NCBI GenBank assembly: GCA_004552725.1
Contig: SFNM01000001.1
Span: forward strand, 7,710 to 71,709
Reading direction: 5' to 3'
DNA length: 64,000 bases
Source of the DNA: Bacteroidales bacterium
Lineage (GTDB): Bacteria > Bacteroidota > Bacteroidia > Bacteroidales > Muribaculaceae
Part shown: piece by piece, positions 10,331-20,412 of the stretch
Layout: every line of letters begins with the position of its first letter
How positions within the stretch are numbered: position 1 is the stretch's first letter
Made by a program: the position numbers and the translations under genes
Notes under the pieces: model-generated
Databases searched by the model: none
What the model was told of the DNA's origin: nothing
What the model saw: only the letters and a program-made list of their open reading frames with translations

Positions 10331-10365
10331 AAATCCGGTTGATACTTGGGGATATCAACCGGATT
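10331..10365 (-). terminator. Terminator downstream of the primase-helicase gene
   Basis: Hairpin AATCCGGTTGATA...TATCAACCGGATT with a T-run on the minus strand. Confidence 0.65.
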
Positions 10366-10400
10366 GTTGCGAGTGATGGATGAGGAGGGGTGAGGGCGGT

Positions 10401-12065
10401 TTATTGCATTTGGAGGGGTGATTGCTCCAGGCGGCCGTTGATGATGGGTAGGTATCGACCGGAGTCGAGGTCGAATTTGAAGAACACCTTTCCTCCGGTG
10501 CCGTTTTCTACGAATTTCACTTTGTCGACTCGCACTTCCACGCGATTGTGTTCGGTGTCGCGCGAGACGATGATGCCGTAGTCGGTTTTGTTGTAGAAGT
10601 GGGCTGAGCCGCTGATGGAGTAGAGGTCGAGGGCTGTTTCGCCGGCTTCGCGGCGCTGCTGACGGGGGTGTGCAACGAGGATTACGAGCACGCCGTAGTC
10701 GGTGGCGAAGCGTTTGAGTTTGGTGAGTAGGCGCGACACGTAGAGTGTTTCGGTGGCGGCGCCGTAGTCGTCTTGGAGTTCGTTGTAGGGGTCGATGACC
10801 AGAGTGCGCACATTATTATATAGCACCAGGTCGGCTGCGGCGTCGAGGATGTCGTCGATGCGAGCATCGCCCGAGGGGATGATGTGGTGGTAGTATCGGT
10901 TCATGAACTTCACCGTTGGGTCGAAGGCTTGGTTGTTGAGGTCATCTTCGGTGAGGGGATGACCCACCAACCGCTTGGCGATTTTGATGAAGTGATTTCC
11001 CAGGGGCATATTTTCGGGTGAGAAATATGCCACGCCCCAGTGGTGGTTGATGGCCAGTCGGGTGGCGATTTCGTCGATGAATTCGCTTTTGCCGCATCCG
11101 GGGCGTCCGGTCACCACGCAGAGACGTCCGGACTCGAAGCGGCATATCTCGTCGAGGTTTTGCAGGCCGAGGGTGATGCCGCGTTGCGGACCTTGGCGCA
11201 CGATGCTCAGTGCTTCGAGGAGTCGGTCGCCCAGCGACACCACCTCGTCGGAGGTGGCTCGCTCGGCTTTGGTGAGACATTCGAGCAGTGATTTGGCGCC
11301 GTATTGGAGCAGATGCTCGTTGGCATCTTTGCATCCGGGGCCGTATGACACCAGTCGGCAACGGCCTTTGCCGAAGCGTTTCACCAGGTCGGCGGCGAGT
11401 TGACGGCCTACTTTGTCGTTGTCGGAGGCGATGTAGATGGTGGTTTTGTTGTCGAACCACCCATCCATGAAGTCGTCGAAGTAGGAGGTGGCGGCGCTGC
11501 CTCCGTTGGGCACTGACACCACGTCGGCGCGTCCGGCGGTGATGAAGGCGAGGGCGTCGAATTCGCCCTCGGTGATGATGCACTCGGAGGTGTCGCGCAC
11601 GGCGTCGATGTTCCAGGGGATGAGTTCGGCGCCTTCCACCAGCGAGAAGCGCTTGGCGTTGGCGCTTCGGCACTTTTCGTTGATGCGTTTGCCGTCGCAT
11701 TCGAACACGAATTTCACGGCCGTGGGGGTGAATTCTACGGGGGCGGCGGCAATGGCTTCGGGCGAAATGCCGCGCGAGATTACGTAGGCGTAGGCGGCGG
11801 TGTCGGCCATTTGGGGGCTGTGGTCCACGGGGTGTTGTTCGGGGAGTTTGTAGTCTTTGGAGGTGAATTCCGGGGCGTTGTAGTTTTTGAGCGAGCCCGA
11901 CCATCCGCAGTGGTGGCATTTCCACCAACCGTGGTCGAGGTCGATCGAGAGCGAGCGGTCGCGGGGATTGTGGCGAGTGGCGGAGCATTGTGGGCAGGTG
12001 GAGCGCACCTTTCCGGAGGTGCGACGATAGGGAATTTCGATGCCGTATTGTTCAAAAGTTTGCAT
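10401..12065 (-). CDS. Bifunctional primase-helicase (Zn finger + TOPRIM + SF4/DnaB-like helicase; T7 gp4/Twinkle-like)
   Basis: CPQC...CHHC Zn finger, ITEGEFDAL, DND, KDANE, Walker A GRPGCGKS, VIDPYN, LVAHPR and ISGS. Confidence 0.9.
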   Translation of the reverse strand: MQTFEQYGIEIPYRRTSGKVRSTCPQCSATRHNPRDRSLSIDLDHGWWKCHHCGWSGSLKNYNAPEFTSKDYKLPEQHPVDHSPQMADTAAYAYVISRGISPEAIAAAPVEFTPTAVKFVFECDGKRINEKCRSANAKRFSLVEGAELIPWNIDAVRDTSECIITEGEFDALAFITAGRADVVSVPNGGSAATSYFDDFMDGWFDNKTTIYIASDNDKVGRQLAADLVKRFGKGRCRLVSYGPGCKDANEHLLQYGAKSLLECLTKAERATSDEVVSLGDRLLEALSIVRQGPQRGITLGLQNLDEICRFESGRLCVVTGRPGCGKSEFIDEIATRLAINHHWGVAYFSPENMPLGNHFIKIAKRLVGHPLTEDDLNNQAFDPTVKFMNRYYHHIIPSGDARIDDILDAAADLVLYNNVRTLVIDPYNELQDDYGAATETLYVSRLLTKLKRFATDYGVLVILVAHPRQQRREAGETALDLYSISGSAHFYNKTDYGIIVSRDTEHNRVEVRVDKVKFVENGTGGKVFFKFDLDSGRYLPIINGRLEQSPLQMQ

Positions 12066-12097
12066 AGTGGGTGTGTTTTTATAGGTTTGATAATTAG

Positions 12098-13030
12098 TTA
12101 TTTAGATGCTTTTTTTGTTGTTTGCAATTTTTGTTTTTCCTTGGCTTGGGGCGAGAGGTAGTCGACCCAGTCGATCCAGTAGTTGGCGAAGAGGTGTATG
12201 CGCTCGGCTCGTGTTTGCTGAAGGAACACCAGCCGGCGCTTGGTGTTGTAGTAATTGTTGAAGAAGCCGTTGTAGATTTCGTTGCACACTTCTTGCTTGG
12301 TGAGGGTGCGCACTTGCTCAAAGAGTGCGCATCGACGCGATTTTGCCAGGCGATACAAATCTTCCACGGCTTGAGTGTAGGCGCTGTCGATTTGGTATTT
12401 GGATGTGATGTTGATGGGCAGTTCCATCACCGCGTTGTCGAGCAAATTAGGCTCGACATCGGCGAGGTGTTCGCCGGTGAGGAAGGTTTCGAAGTCGATG
12501 GATGCTTCGATTTCGGCATCGCTACGGTCGCGGAAGTACATGCGACGGTCCTCCAGACGTAGTTGCTCCATATCGAGCAACACGTCGGGTCGTGCGCCGG
12601 CGGGGATGAGTGTGGGCACTTTGTCCATGAGTTGGCGGCCGTAGTCGTCGAGGTGAGAGTCGTCGACTGCTTCTTTGCGCACCGGCGGCGCCGGGGTGGG
12701 GCGCACCGGTGCGGGCGCTTCGTCGGTGGCGGGGGCGGTATCGTCGGTCGAGTCGGACTGTTTTGCGCAGTCCGACTCTTGCGGCGCGTCAATGGTAGAC
12801 GCAGCCACCGCTTCAGCCTTTGCAGGGGCTGAAACGGTGGCCGCTGTAGCGGTGGCTTCGGGCGCTTCACTGCGTCCGAGAGCCATGAAGATTTTGTAGT
12901 TGAGGTCGGCATCGTCGGCGGGGTTGAGCGCATCCATGCCGAAGTAGATGCGTGCGATTTTGTCGCGCTCTTCCATGCTAAGCGAGCGGTAGAAGGCAGT
13001 CATCAGGGGTGTTAAGATTAAGTTTTGCAT
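12098..13030 (-). CDS. Hypothetical protein co-oriented with the primase-helicase
   Basis: 310-aa ORF with an Ala/Pro-rich linker. It is preceded by an A-rich initiation region and a TAACTTTG box (minus strand, ~13069-13076). Confidence 0.7.
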   Translation of the reverse strand: MQNLILTPLMTAFYRSLSMEERDKIARIYFGMDALNPADDADLNYKIFMALGRSEAPEATATAATVSAPAKAEAVAASTIDAPQESDCAKQSDSTDDTAPATDEAPAPVRPTPAPPVRKEAVDDSHLDDYGRQLMDKVPTLIPAGARPDVLLDMEQLRLEDRRMYFRDRSDAEIEASIDFETFLTGEHLADVEPNLLDNAVMELPINITSKYQIDSAYTQAVEDLYRLAKSRRCALFEQVRTLTKQEVCNEIYNGFFNNYYNTKRRLVFLQQTRAERIHLFANYWIDWVDYLSPQAKEKQKLQTTKKASK

Positions 13031-13165
13031 TGTAGTGTGTGTTTTGAGGTTGAAAATTAATTACAATGCAAAGTTACAACACGATTGAGGGTGTTGGTGC
13101 AAAATTTGGTTCGTCAAACCAAATTTCGAATGATTTTTTTTATTTCACCTTCGACAAGAAAGCCT

Positions 13166-13205
13166 TTCCCACCCTATACCCCTTTAGGGGGGTATAGGGT
13201 GGGAA
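13166..13205. repeat. 17-bp perfect inverted repeat upstream of the primase-helicase operon
   Basis: TTCCCACCCTATACCCC-tttagg-GGGGTATAGGGTGGGAA. Confidence 0.85.
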
Positions 13206-13308
13206 GGCATTGCGGTCGTTTTGTTGATTTTTTCGGTTGGTTCACTTTTGGTAGAGTGAACCAAACTTTTATCTCTCTCACACCAAAAGTGAGAACTGCC
13301 GCCGGTGA

Positions 13309-14484
13309 TTAGTTGAAGTCGATGGAGCGGTAGCGGTTGAGGCGCGCCAGGGTGAGGGCGAACTGATATTTCAGGTCGAGGTAGTTGAGGTAGGTGGCGC
13401 GGTAGGTGTTCATCTCGTTGAGGTAGTCGATTACGGAGAGTTCGCCTCCGAGGAAGGCACGGTGGAGCAGTTGGGGGTATGAGGCGTCGCTATTGAGCGC
13501 CTCATACCGCCTCAGGGAGCGGTTGAGGGCGGTGGCGGCTTGTGCTTGACCGGAGGCTTCGGCCATGGCTTGCGCCAGTTCGAAGTCGTACTGCGAAGCG
13601 ATGGCTTGTGCTTCGAGGTCGGCGGCGAGCCGTCGTTGCCGTTGAGAGAACGACGGCAGGCGCAGGGCGATTGAGAAGCCGTGGAAGTTGGTGCGGTCCT
13701 CGTGGCTGTAGCGGTAGCCAACGGTGAGCGACGGCCAGTTTTGGCGGCCGACGGCTTTGGCTTGCTGTCGAGCCGCCTCGGCGTTGAGGCGGCCGAGGTG
13801 GTACTGGTAGTAGTCGTCGGGGTTGGTGGAGGCGGCTTGGAGCGACTGGATGGGGTAGTCGCTCCAGCAGGGTTCGTCGCCGGAGAAAGAAGCGCCTTGA
13901 GCGCGGAGCGAAGCCTGAAGGGCGGCGAGGTCGGCGCGGCAGGCGTCGACGGCGCGGTCGTTTTCGAGGATTGAGAGTTGGGCTTTGCGCACATCGAGCA
14001 CGGTGGCGTTGCCCAGGTGGAACGAGCGCTGTGTGAGGGAGTCGACGGCGGCGAGGTTGCGCCCGATTTCAAGGTAGAAATCGAGGCGCTGGCGAGCGTT
14101 GATGATGTCGACGATGAGCAACTTCACGGCCAACGCCTTGTCGGCCCAAATGGCCGCTTTGGCGTAGTCGACGGCGCGGGCTTGGGCGTCGATGGCGGAG
14201 CGTCGGGCGGAGTACACCCACGGCATCTCGAATTCTTGTGAGATGCCGGCGCTGTAGCGGTTGGGCGTGCCGTTTTCGCCCCAGAGGTGTTCGAAATCCA
14301 CTTCGGGTCCGGTGAGGGCGTTGTCGGCGCGGGCGGAGGCCAATGCCGCTTCGTTCGAAGCGATAGCGGCGTTGACCTCACCGTTGGCGGTGATTACCGA
14401 GGAAATGAGCGCTTGGAAGGGCGATTGGGCTATGGCCGCCGCGCCCCAAGCGGCGAGTATGAGGGTGGAAATGTAGCGTTTCAT
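13309..14484 (-). CDS. TolC-family outer membrane efflux protein
   Basis: Signal peptide, helical OEP-like sequence and a GELSVIDYL motif. Last gene of the RND operon. Confidence 0.85.
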   Translation of the reverse strand: MKRYISTLILAAWGAAAIAQSPFQALISSVITANGEVNAAIASNEAALASARADNALTGPEVDFEHLWGENGTPNRYSAGISQEFEMPWVYSARRSAIDAQARAVDYAKAAIWADKALAVKLLIVDIINARQRLDFYLEIGRNLAAVDSLTQRSFHLGNATVLDVRKAQLSILENDRAVDACRADLAALQASLRAQGASFSGDEPCWSDYPIQSLQAASTNPDDYYQYHLGRLNAEAARQQAKAVGRQNWPSLTVGYRYSHEDRTNFHGFSIALRLPSFSQRQRRLAADLEAQAIASQYDFELAQAMAEASGQAQAATALNRSLRRYEALNSDASYPQLLHRAFLGGELSVIDYLNEMNTYRATYLNYLDLKYQFALTLARLNRYRSIDFN

Positions 14485-17400
14485 CTGTTGAGTTTTTTAA
14501 TGTTAACCCACCGATATAGGGCGGGCACCACGAACACGTTGAGGATAGTCGACGAAATCAAGCCGCCGAGGATTACCATGGCCATGGGCGCTTGGATTTC
14601 GTTGCCGGTTTTTTCGCCGTTGACAGCCAGCGGTATCATGGCCAGCGCCGATGTCAGGGCGGTCATGATGATTGGCAGCAGGCGGTCGGAGGAGCCGATG
14701 AGGATACACTCTTTGAGAGTGTGTCCCTCGTCGTGGAGCACTTTATAGTGGGAGATGAGCAGCATACCGTTGCGGGTGGTGATGCCCAGCAGGGATATGA
14801 AGCCGATGATGGCGGGGATGTTGAGTTCGGCGCCGGTGATGAGCAGAATGAACACGCCGCCGATGAGTGCCAGCGGTATGTTGATGAGGATGATTGCGGA
14901 GTCGATCCAACTCTTGAATTGAGCGTAGAGAAGCATCAAAATCACCAGCAGCGCGCAGATGGAGGTGAGCATCAGCGTGCGCGAGGCGCGCTCTTCGCTC
15001 TCGAACTGGCCGCCGTAGGTCACATAATAGTTCTCGGGCAGTTGCACCTGGGTGTTGATGGTGGATTGGATGTCGTTGACGACGCTGCGCAGGTCGCGGC
15101 CGTCGACGTTGGCCGACACGATGATGCGCCGCTTCACGTCTTCGCGATTGATGGTGTTGGGACCGACGGTCGACACGATTTCAGCCACCTGAGCCAGAGG
15201 CACCGGCCCGCGGTTGGAGTCGATAGTCAGGCGCGAGATGCCCTCGAGCGATGTGCGCGACTCCTCGTTGGCATAGAGTTTCACCTCGTAGGGCAGGCCT
15301 TGGTCGTAGACCTGCGACACGGTGCGGCCGCCGATGGCCGTGGAGATGGCGCAGTTGAACTCGGCCATGGTGATGCCGTATTGTGCCAACAATTGGCGTC
15401 GCGGACGAATTACCAACTGCGGGCGCTCCACCTGCTGCTCAATGTTGGCATCCACCACCCCGGGGATGCCGGCGATGAGGTTCTTGACGTTGGAGCCTAC
15501 CATATACAGTTTCGACAAATCGTCGCCGAAGATTTTGATGGCGATTTGCGATTTGGTGCCCGAAAGCATGGCGTCGATACGGTGAGAGATAGGTTGACCC
15601 ACTTCGATGTTCACCCCCGGCAGTTCCATGAGTTTTTGGCGGATTTCGTTGGCCACTTCGGTGCGCGAGCGGTCGGTGAGAGTGTAGGGCACCTCCATTT
15701 CCGACACGTTCGGTCCCAGCGAGTGCTCGGCCAACTCGGCACGGCCTGTTTTGCGCGCCACATTGCGCACTTCGGGCACCGACATGATGATGCGCTCGGC
15801 TTCCGTTGCGATTTTGTCGCTCTCTTCAAGCGACACTCCCGGCAGCGTGCCCACGTTGATGGTGAACGAGCCCTCGTTGAACGATGGCAGGAACGAGCGG
15901 CCGATGGTGCAGAAGCCTACGGCCGCAGCCGCGAACATCACAGCCACCGAGGTGAGCATCAACTTGGTGTGCGAGATGGTGAAATTGAGCAGCACCATAT
16001 AGATGGCGCGCATCTTGCGCGTGAGCCATGGCTCGTGATGCTTCTGCTCGTCGGTCGCACTCTTGTGTGCCAACAAATAGGCGCACAAGGTGGGAGTGAC
16101 CGTCAACGCCACGATGGTCGACGCTATCAGCGCCACAATAAACGACACACCTAACGGTATGAGCAACCGCCCTTCCATGCCCGACAAGAAAAACAGGGGC
16201 ATGAAACTGGCGATGATAATCAGCGACGAATTGAAGATAGGCATACGCACTTCAGCCGACGCCTCATACACCGCCTTGAGTAGCGGCTGCCGCTTCGACG
16301 GCGGCAAGGCGCGGTTCTGGCGTAGCCGCTTGTACACATTCTCCACATCGACGATAGCATCGTCAACCAGCGAGCCGATAGCGATGGCAATGCCGCCCAA
16401 ACTCATAGTGTTGATGGTATAGCCCAGCGCGTTGAGTATCAAAATAGTGATTACCAACGAGATGGGCAGCGCGGTGAGCGATATGATGGTGGTGCGAATG
16501 TTCATCAAGAACAAGAACAGCACAATCACCACGAAGAAGGCGCCTTCCATCAAGGCGCTCATCAGATTGGAGATGGAAGCATCGATGAAATCGCTTTGAC
16601 GGAAAATGTCAGTGTCGATTTTCACGTCCGCCGGCAGCGTCTTCTGCAGAGCCTCCAAGCGCTCATTGATTTGGTCGGTGAGCGCGATGGTGCCCACACC
16701 GTTTTGCTTGGTCACGGTGATGATTACCGCCGGGCGAGCCTTCAGCGAGGCCAACCCGATGCGAGGCACAGCCCCGCCCACGTTGACATCAGCCACATCG
16801 CCCACGGTGACGATACCGTCGGCATCGGCGCGCACCACAGCCGCGGCGATGTCGTCGCACGAAGTAGTGTTGATGTCGCCCTTGATGATGTACTCATTAC
16901 CATAGTCGTACACGATACCGCCCTGCGCGTTGTCGTTAAGCCCGTCGCAGGCGGCGATAAGTTGGTCGAGCGTCACATTGTACGAGCGCATCCGTTCCGG
17001 GTCGAAGAGGATGCGATACTCGCGCGCATCGCCACCCTGCACCGACACCTGCGCCACACCGCCCATAGCCAGCAACTGCGGCTTGATGACGCGGTCGGCC
17101 AGATTGCGCAAATCCATCAGCGAAGTAGAGTCGGATTGCAAGCCAATCATATACATTTCGCCCAAAATCGACGACTCGGGACCCATCACCGGCGATTTCA
17201 CCGTCGCCGGCAGTTGGTCCGACACCTGCATCAATCGCTCCGACACAATCTGGCGAGCGATATGAATATTGGTGCTCCAATCAAATTCTACAGTGACCAC
17301 GCTGAAGCCCGTGGTCGACGACGACCGCACACGGCGCACGCCGGTGGCGCCGTTCACCGCCGTCTCTATCGGAAATGTCACGATTTTTTCCACCTCCTCG

Positions 17401-17573
17401 GGCGCCATGCCCGGGGCTTCAGTCATCACCACCACCGTAGGCGCATTGAGGTCGGGAAAAATATCGACGTCAGTGCGCAGCAACGTGAAGATGCCGGCGA
17501 TGAAAATCACCAGCGAAAGTATCAAGACGCTTAGCCGATTGGCCAGCGACCAATGGATAATTCGATTAAGCAT
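14481..17573 (-). CDS. CusA/CzcA-family heavy-metal RND efflux permease
   Basis: 1030 aa; DIFPDLNAPTVVV, GSLVDDAIVDVEN and RLLPIIMTALT motifs. Confidence 0.93.
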   Translation of the reverse strand: MLNRIIHWSLANRLSVLILSLVIFIAGIFTLLRTDVDIFPDLNAPTVVVMTEAPGMAPEEVEKIVTFPIETAVNGATGVRRVRSSSTTGFSVVTVEFDWSTNIHIARQIVSERLMQVSDQLPATVKSPVMGPESSILGEMYMIGLQSDSTSLMDLRNLADRVIKPQLLAMGGVAQVSVQGGDAREYRILFDPERMRSYNVTLDQLIAACDGLNDNAQGGIVYDYGNEYIIKGDINTTSCDDIAAAVVRADADGIVTVGDVADVNVGGAVPRIGLASLKARPAVIITVTKQNGVGTIALTDQINERLEALQKTLPADVKIDTDIFRQSDFIDASISNLMSALMEGAFFVVIVLFLFLMNIRTTIISLTALPISLVITILILNALGYTINTMSLGGIAIAIGSLVDDAIVDVENVYKRLRQNRALPPSKRQPLLKAVYEASAEVRMPIFNSSLIIIASFMPLFFLSGMEGRLLIPLGVSFIVALIASTIVALTVTPTLCAYLLAHKSATDEQKHHEPWLTRKMRAIYMVLLNFTISHTKLMLTSVAVMFAAAAVGFCTIGRSFLPSFNEGSFTINVGTLPGVSLEESDKIATEAERIIMSVPEVRNVARKTGRAELAEHSLGPNVSEMEVPYTLTDRSRTEVANEIRQKLMELPGVNIEVGQPISHRIDAMLSGTKSQIAIKIFGDDLSKLYMVGSNVKNLIAGIPGVVDANIEQQVERPQLVIRPRRQLLAQYGITMAEFNCAISTAIGGRTVSQVYDQGLPYEVKLYANEESRTSLEGISRLTIDSNRGPVPLAQVAEIVSTVGPNTINREDVKRRIIVSANVDGRDLRSVVNDIQSTINTQVQLPENYYVTYGGQFESEERASRTLMLTSICALLVILMLLYAQFKSWIDSAIILINIPLALIGGVFILLITGAELNIPAIIGFISLLGITTRNGMLLISHYKVLHDEGHTLKECILIGSSDRLLPIIMTALTSALAMIPLAVNGEKTGNEIQAPMAMVILGGLISSTILNVFVVPALYRWVNIKKLNR

Positions 17574-17593
17574 AAAATCAGCGTTGAAAAGGA

Positions 17594-18733
17594 TTAGTGA
17601 TTATGACTGTGACCTTCGGGGATAGCGCCGGCGCTCTCGGCCAAGCGCACGGTGGTGACACCGCTCACTACCACCTCCTCGCCTCCCTTGAGGCCGGAGG
17701 TGATTTCCACTTGCGTGCCGTCGTTGACACCAACGCTCACCGGCACCTTCGTATAGCAGTCCTCATCGAGCCGAGTGAACACAAAGAAGGAGCCTTGCTG
17801 CTCACACAATGCGCCCACAGGCACAGTCAGCGCCCGACGCGAGCCGTGCCCCAGCAAATACACCTCCACAGCCGACCCCGGCACCCAAGTGCCGTCGTTG
17901 GCGAAGGTGAACACCACCGGGATGTAGCCCGACGCGCCCGCCGACGCGTTGGAGTTGAGCCTACGCCCATGCAAAGCGCTCAACGTGGTGGATTGACCCG
18001 TCTGCGGGTTCACAATACGAGCATCGGCGAAATCGCTCAAGATAGCGAGGTGGCGCGCCGGCAGTTGAGCCGTAAGCGTCAACTCCTTGAGCGCCGACAC
18101 CGTGGCGATGACCGCTCCCACCTCCACATATTGGCCGGTTTGAACCGCCAACGAGGTGATTACACCGGCCATGGGCGACACAGCCCGCCCCGTAGCCGCC
18201 GACGCACTGAAAGCGGCGCGGGCGCGATTGAGTTCAGCCACCGCAGCATTATACTGCGCTTGAGTCACCAACCGCTCATCCCAGAGCGGTTTGACACGGT
18301 CGTATTCGGCTTGAGCCGCATCTAAAGCGGCCTTGGCGGCGCGGTTGGCATCGCCGCCGCTGACGTTGTCGGCCTTGATAGAGGCGACAGCGTTGCCCGC
18401 TCCCACCTGGGAGCCTACATTGATGCCACGCCCGAGGGTGACGATGCCCGAAGTGGTGGCAGTCACCACCCCTTGAGCGTCGGAAGCAGCCTCGATAGTG
18501 CCACCAACCTTCACCACCGCGCCGATTTCCGACTCGGCGGCCTTGGCCGTGGTCACTCCGAAGCGTTGAGCCATTTCAGGCGAGAGCACGATGGCACCGT
18601 CGGGATGGGCTTCAGCCTCGTGGCCGTGGGCGTGGGCGTGGGCGTGGTCGTGGTCGTGTGCCGGAGCGGAATTACATCCGGCCAACGAAATTGCTACTGC
18701 TGCGCAAAGCAGCAGTGATGATATGGTTTTCAT
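17594..18733 (-). CDS. RND periplasmic adaptor lipoprotein with His-rich N-terminus
   Basis: Lipobox LAGC, HDHDHAHAHAH, an HlyD/MFP-like body and a C-terminal GHSHNH. Confidence 0.9.
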   Translation of the reverse strand: MKTISSLLLCAAVAISLAGCNSAPAHDHDHAHAHAHGHEAEAHPDGAIVLSPEMAQRFGVTTAKAAESEIGAVVKVGGTIEAASDAQGVVTATTSGIVTLGRGINVGSQVGAGNAVASIKADNVSGGDANRAAKAALDAAQAEYDRVKPLWDERLVTQAQYNAAVAELNRARAAFSASAATGRAVSPMAGVITSLAVQTGQYVEVGAVIATVSALKELTLTAQLPARHLAILSDFADARIVNPQTGQSTTLSALHGRRLNSNASAGASGYIPVVFTFANDGTWVPGSAVEVYLLGHGSRRALTVPVGALCEQQGSFFVFTRLDEDCYTKVPVSVGVNDGTQVEITSGLKGGEEVVVSGVTTVRLAESAGAIPEGHSHNH

Positions 18734-18792
18734 AAGATAAAAAAGGGCTATTTGAGGTTTGTATTAATTTTGAGTCGAGATACCAAAAAACA

Positions 18793-19176
18793 TCAAACCT
18801 CCGGAGGAGCCCTAAGCGAGCGCACCGCCCGAATAGGCGCACCGGGCAAGCCCTGATGACGCGGCGGCTGCATCACAAGCCGCGTGGCGCATCGCCGATA
18901 CAACGGTTCATCTTCAATCAACACCGCCACCACCTGCACATCCGGAGCCGGCGAATGATAGTGGCGGTCGACTTTTGTGAGCAAATCCGAAAGAGTTTGC
19001 TCGCAATGGCCGTCGCCATCGCCATCGCCACACCCATGATGGTGCCCGCTATGGTGAGCCGGATTGAGACACAGACACACCGAGCCATCGCTGCAGTGAT
19101 GATGGTGTTGGAACGCCATTCCAAACACCAGCGTCATCACCACCAAGAGCGATACCAAGCCGCGGTGCCGTTTCAT
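18793..19176 (-). CDS. His/Cys-rich small protein (DUF6769-like) heading the efflux operon
   Basis: HHHHC.DG.VC motif and a C-terminal LRAPP. Confidence 0.7.
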   Translation of the reverse strand: MKRHRGLVSLLVVMTLVFGMAFQHHHHCSDGSVCLCLNPAHHSGHHHGCGDGDGDGHCEQTLSDLLTKVDRHYHSPAPDVQVVAVLIEDEPLYRRCATRLVMQPPRHQGLPGAPIRAVRSLRAPPEV

Positions 19177-19181
19177 AAGCG

Positions 19182-19760
19182 TTAAAGCGCTTTTGCCAGT
19201 GACTCTTTGATGGAAGCGAAGATACTATCGACCGAACCGTTGCCGTTGATAGCGTGGTAGATACCTTGCTCGATGTAGAAATCGCGCAGTGGGGAAGTTT
19301 GATTGTGATACACCTTCAAGCGATTGGTTATCGTCTCCAAGTTGTCGTCGGCGCGGCCGGTTTGCTTGCCGCGATTGAGCATACGCTTGATAAGTTCATC
19401 TTCGTCGACTTCAAGTCCGATTACGGCGGCGATTTTCTCGCCGTGGTCGGCCATCAACTTGTTGAGCGCAATCGCTTGCGGAATAGTGCGCGGGAAGCCG
19501 TCGAAAATCACGCCGTCGCGCGCATAATCTTCGTTGGAGTCGATTAAATGCTCCAACACACGAATCATCAAATCGTCGGGAATAAGTTGGCCTTTGGAAA
19601 TGTAACTATTGGCAATGCGACCCAGTTCGGTGCCGCGAGAAATGTGGTCGCGTAGCACTTCGCCGGTGGAAATATGGTGAAGGCCAAACGCTTCGATAAG
19701 GCGGTCGCTCTGAGTACCCTTTCCGCTACCCGGAGCGCCGAAAATAACCAAATTAAGCAT
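19182..19760 (-). CDS. adk: Adenylate kinase
   Basis: GAPGSGKGTQ, HISTG, DGFPRT and GRADDN motifs. Confidence 0.96.
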   Translation of the reverse strand: MLNLVIFGAPGSGKGTQSDRLIEAFGLHHISTGEVLRDHISRGTELGRIANSYISKGQLIPDDLMIRVLEHLIDSNEDYARDGVIFDGFPRTIPQAIALNKLMADHGEKIAAVIGLEVDEDELIKRMLNRGKQTGRADDNLETITNRLKVYHNQTSPLRDFYIEQGIYHAINGNGSVDSIFASIKESLAKAL

Positions 19761-20302
19761 CAATCTTCTTTAAGTATATAAATATCATTGAGGTTGCGGC
19801 CTTTCTTGTTGATATCAAGGCCGAAGCCGATAATAAACTTCTTGGGGATGGAGAAGCCCACATAGTCGGGAGTCACCGGCTTCACCAGGGCTTCAGGTTT
19901 AAACAGCAAAGTAGCAATCTTGATTTCAGAGGGTCGACCTTCGTTGAGATGGTCGATAAGGTTCTGGATAGTGTTGCCCGTGTCGACGATGTCCTCCACG
20001 ATAATCACCGTGCGCCCCTCGATTTTGTCGGTCAAACCAAGCACTTGCTTCACCTTGCCGGTGGTGGAAGTGCCCTCGTAACTCTGCACACGAATGAAAG
20101 CAATTTCAGCATCTAATTCCTCGCAAGCGCGAAAAAGGTCGGAGGCGAAGGGGAAAGCGCCGTTGAGCACACACACAAACAGCGGCGATTTGCCCTGACA
20201 ATCGCGCACAATCTCCTTGCCCAACTCGGCTATACGGGCTTCGATAGTGGCGTGCGAGATATACGGTTCGAAGGTCATACCTTCGTAAGTAACTTGTTTC
20301 AT
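19760..20302 (-). CDS. hpt: Hypoxanthine phosphoribosyltransferase
   Basis: VLNGA..F..DL, SYEGT, IVEDIVDTGNT and FIIGFGLD motifs. Start taken at ATG 20302. Confidence 0.93.
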   Translation of the reverse strand: MKQVTYEGMTFEPYISHATIEARIAELGKEIVRDCQGKSPLFVCVLNGAFPFASDLFRACEELDAEIAFIRVQSYEGTSTTGKVKQVLGLTDKIEGRTVIIVEDIVDTGNTIQNLIDHLNEGRPSEIKIATLLFKPEALVKPVTPDYVGFSIPKKFIIGFGLDINKKGRNLNDIYILKED

Positions 20303-20412
20303 CTTATCGAAAGAAAAAATTTTCGCAAAGGTAAGAATTTTTTGCGAGAAAACCGTAAAAAATTCTAATAAAAATCCTAAAAAGCAAAAGCCCCCCATCC
20401 GCAGCGGGGAGG

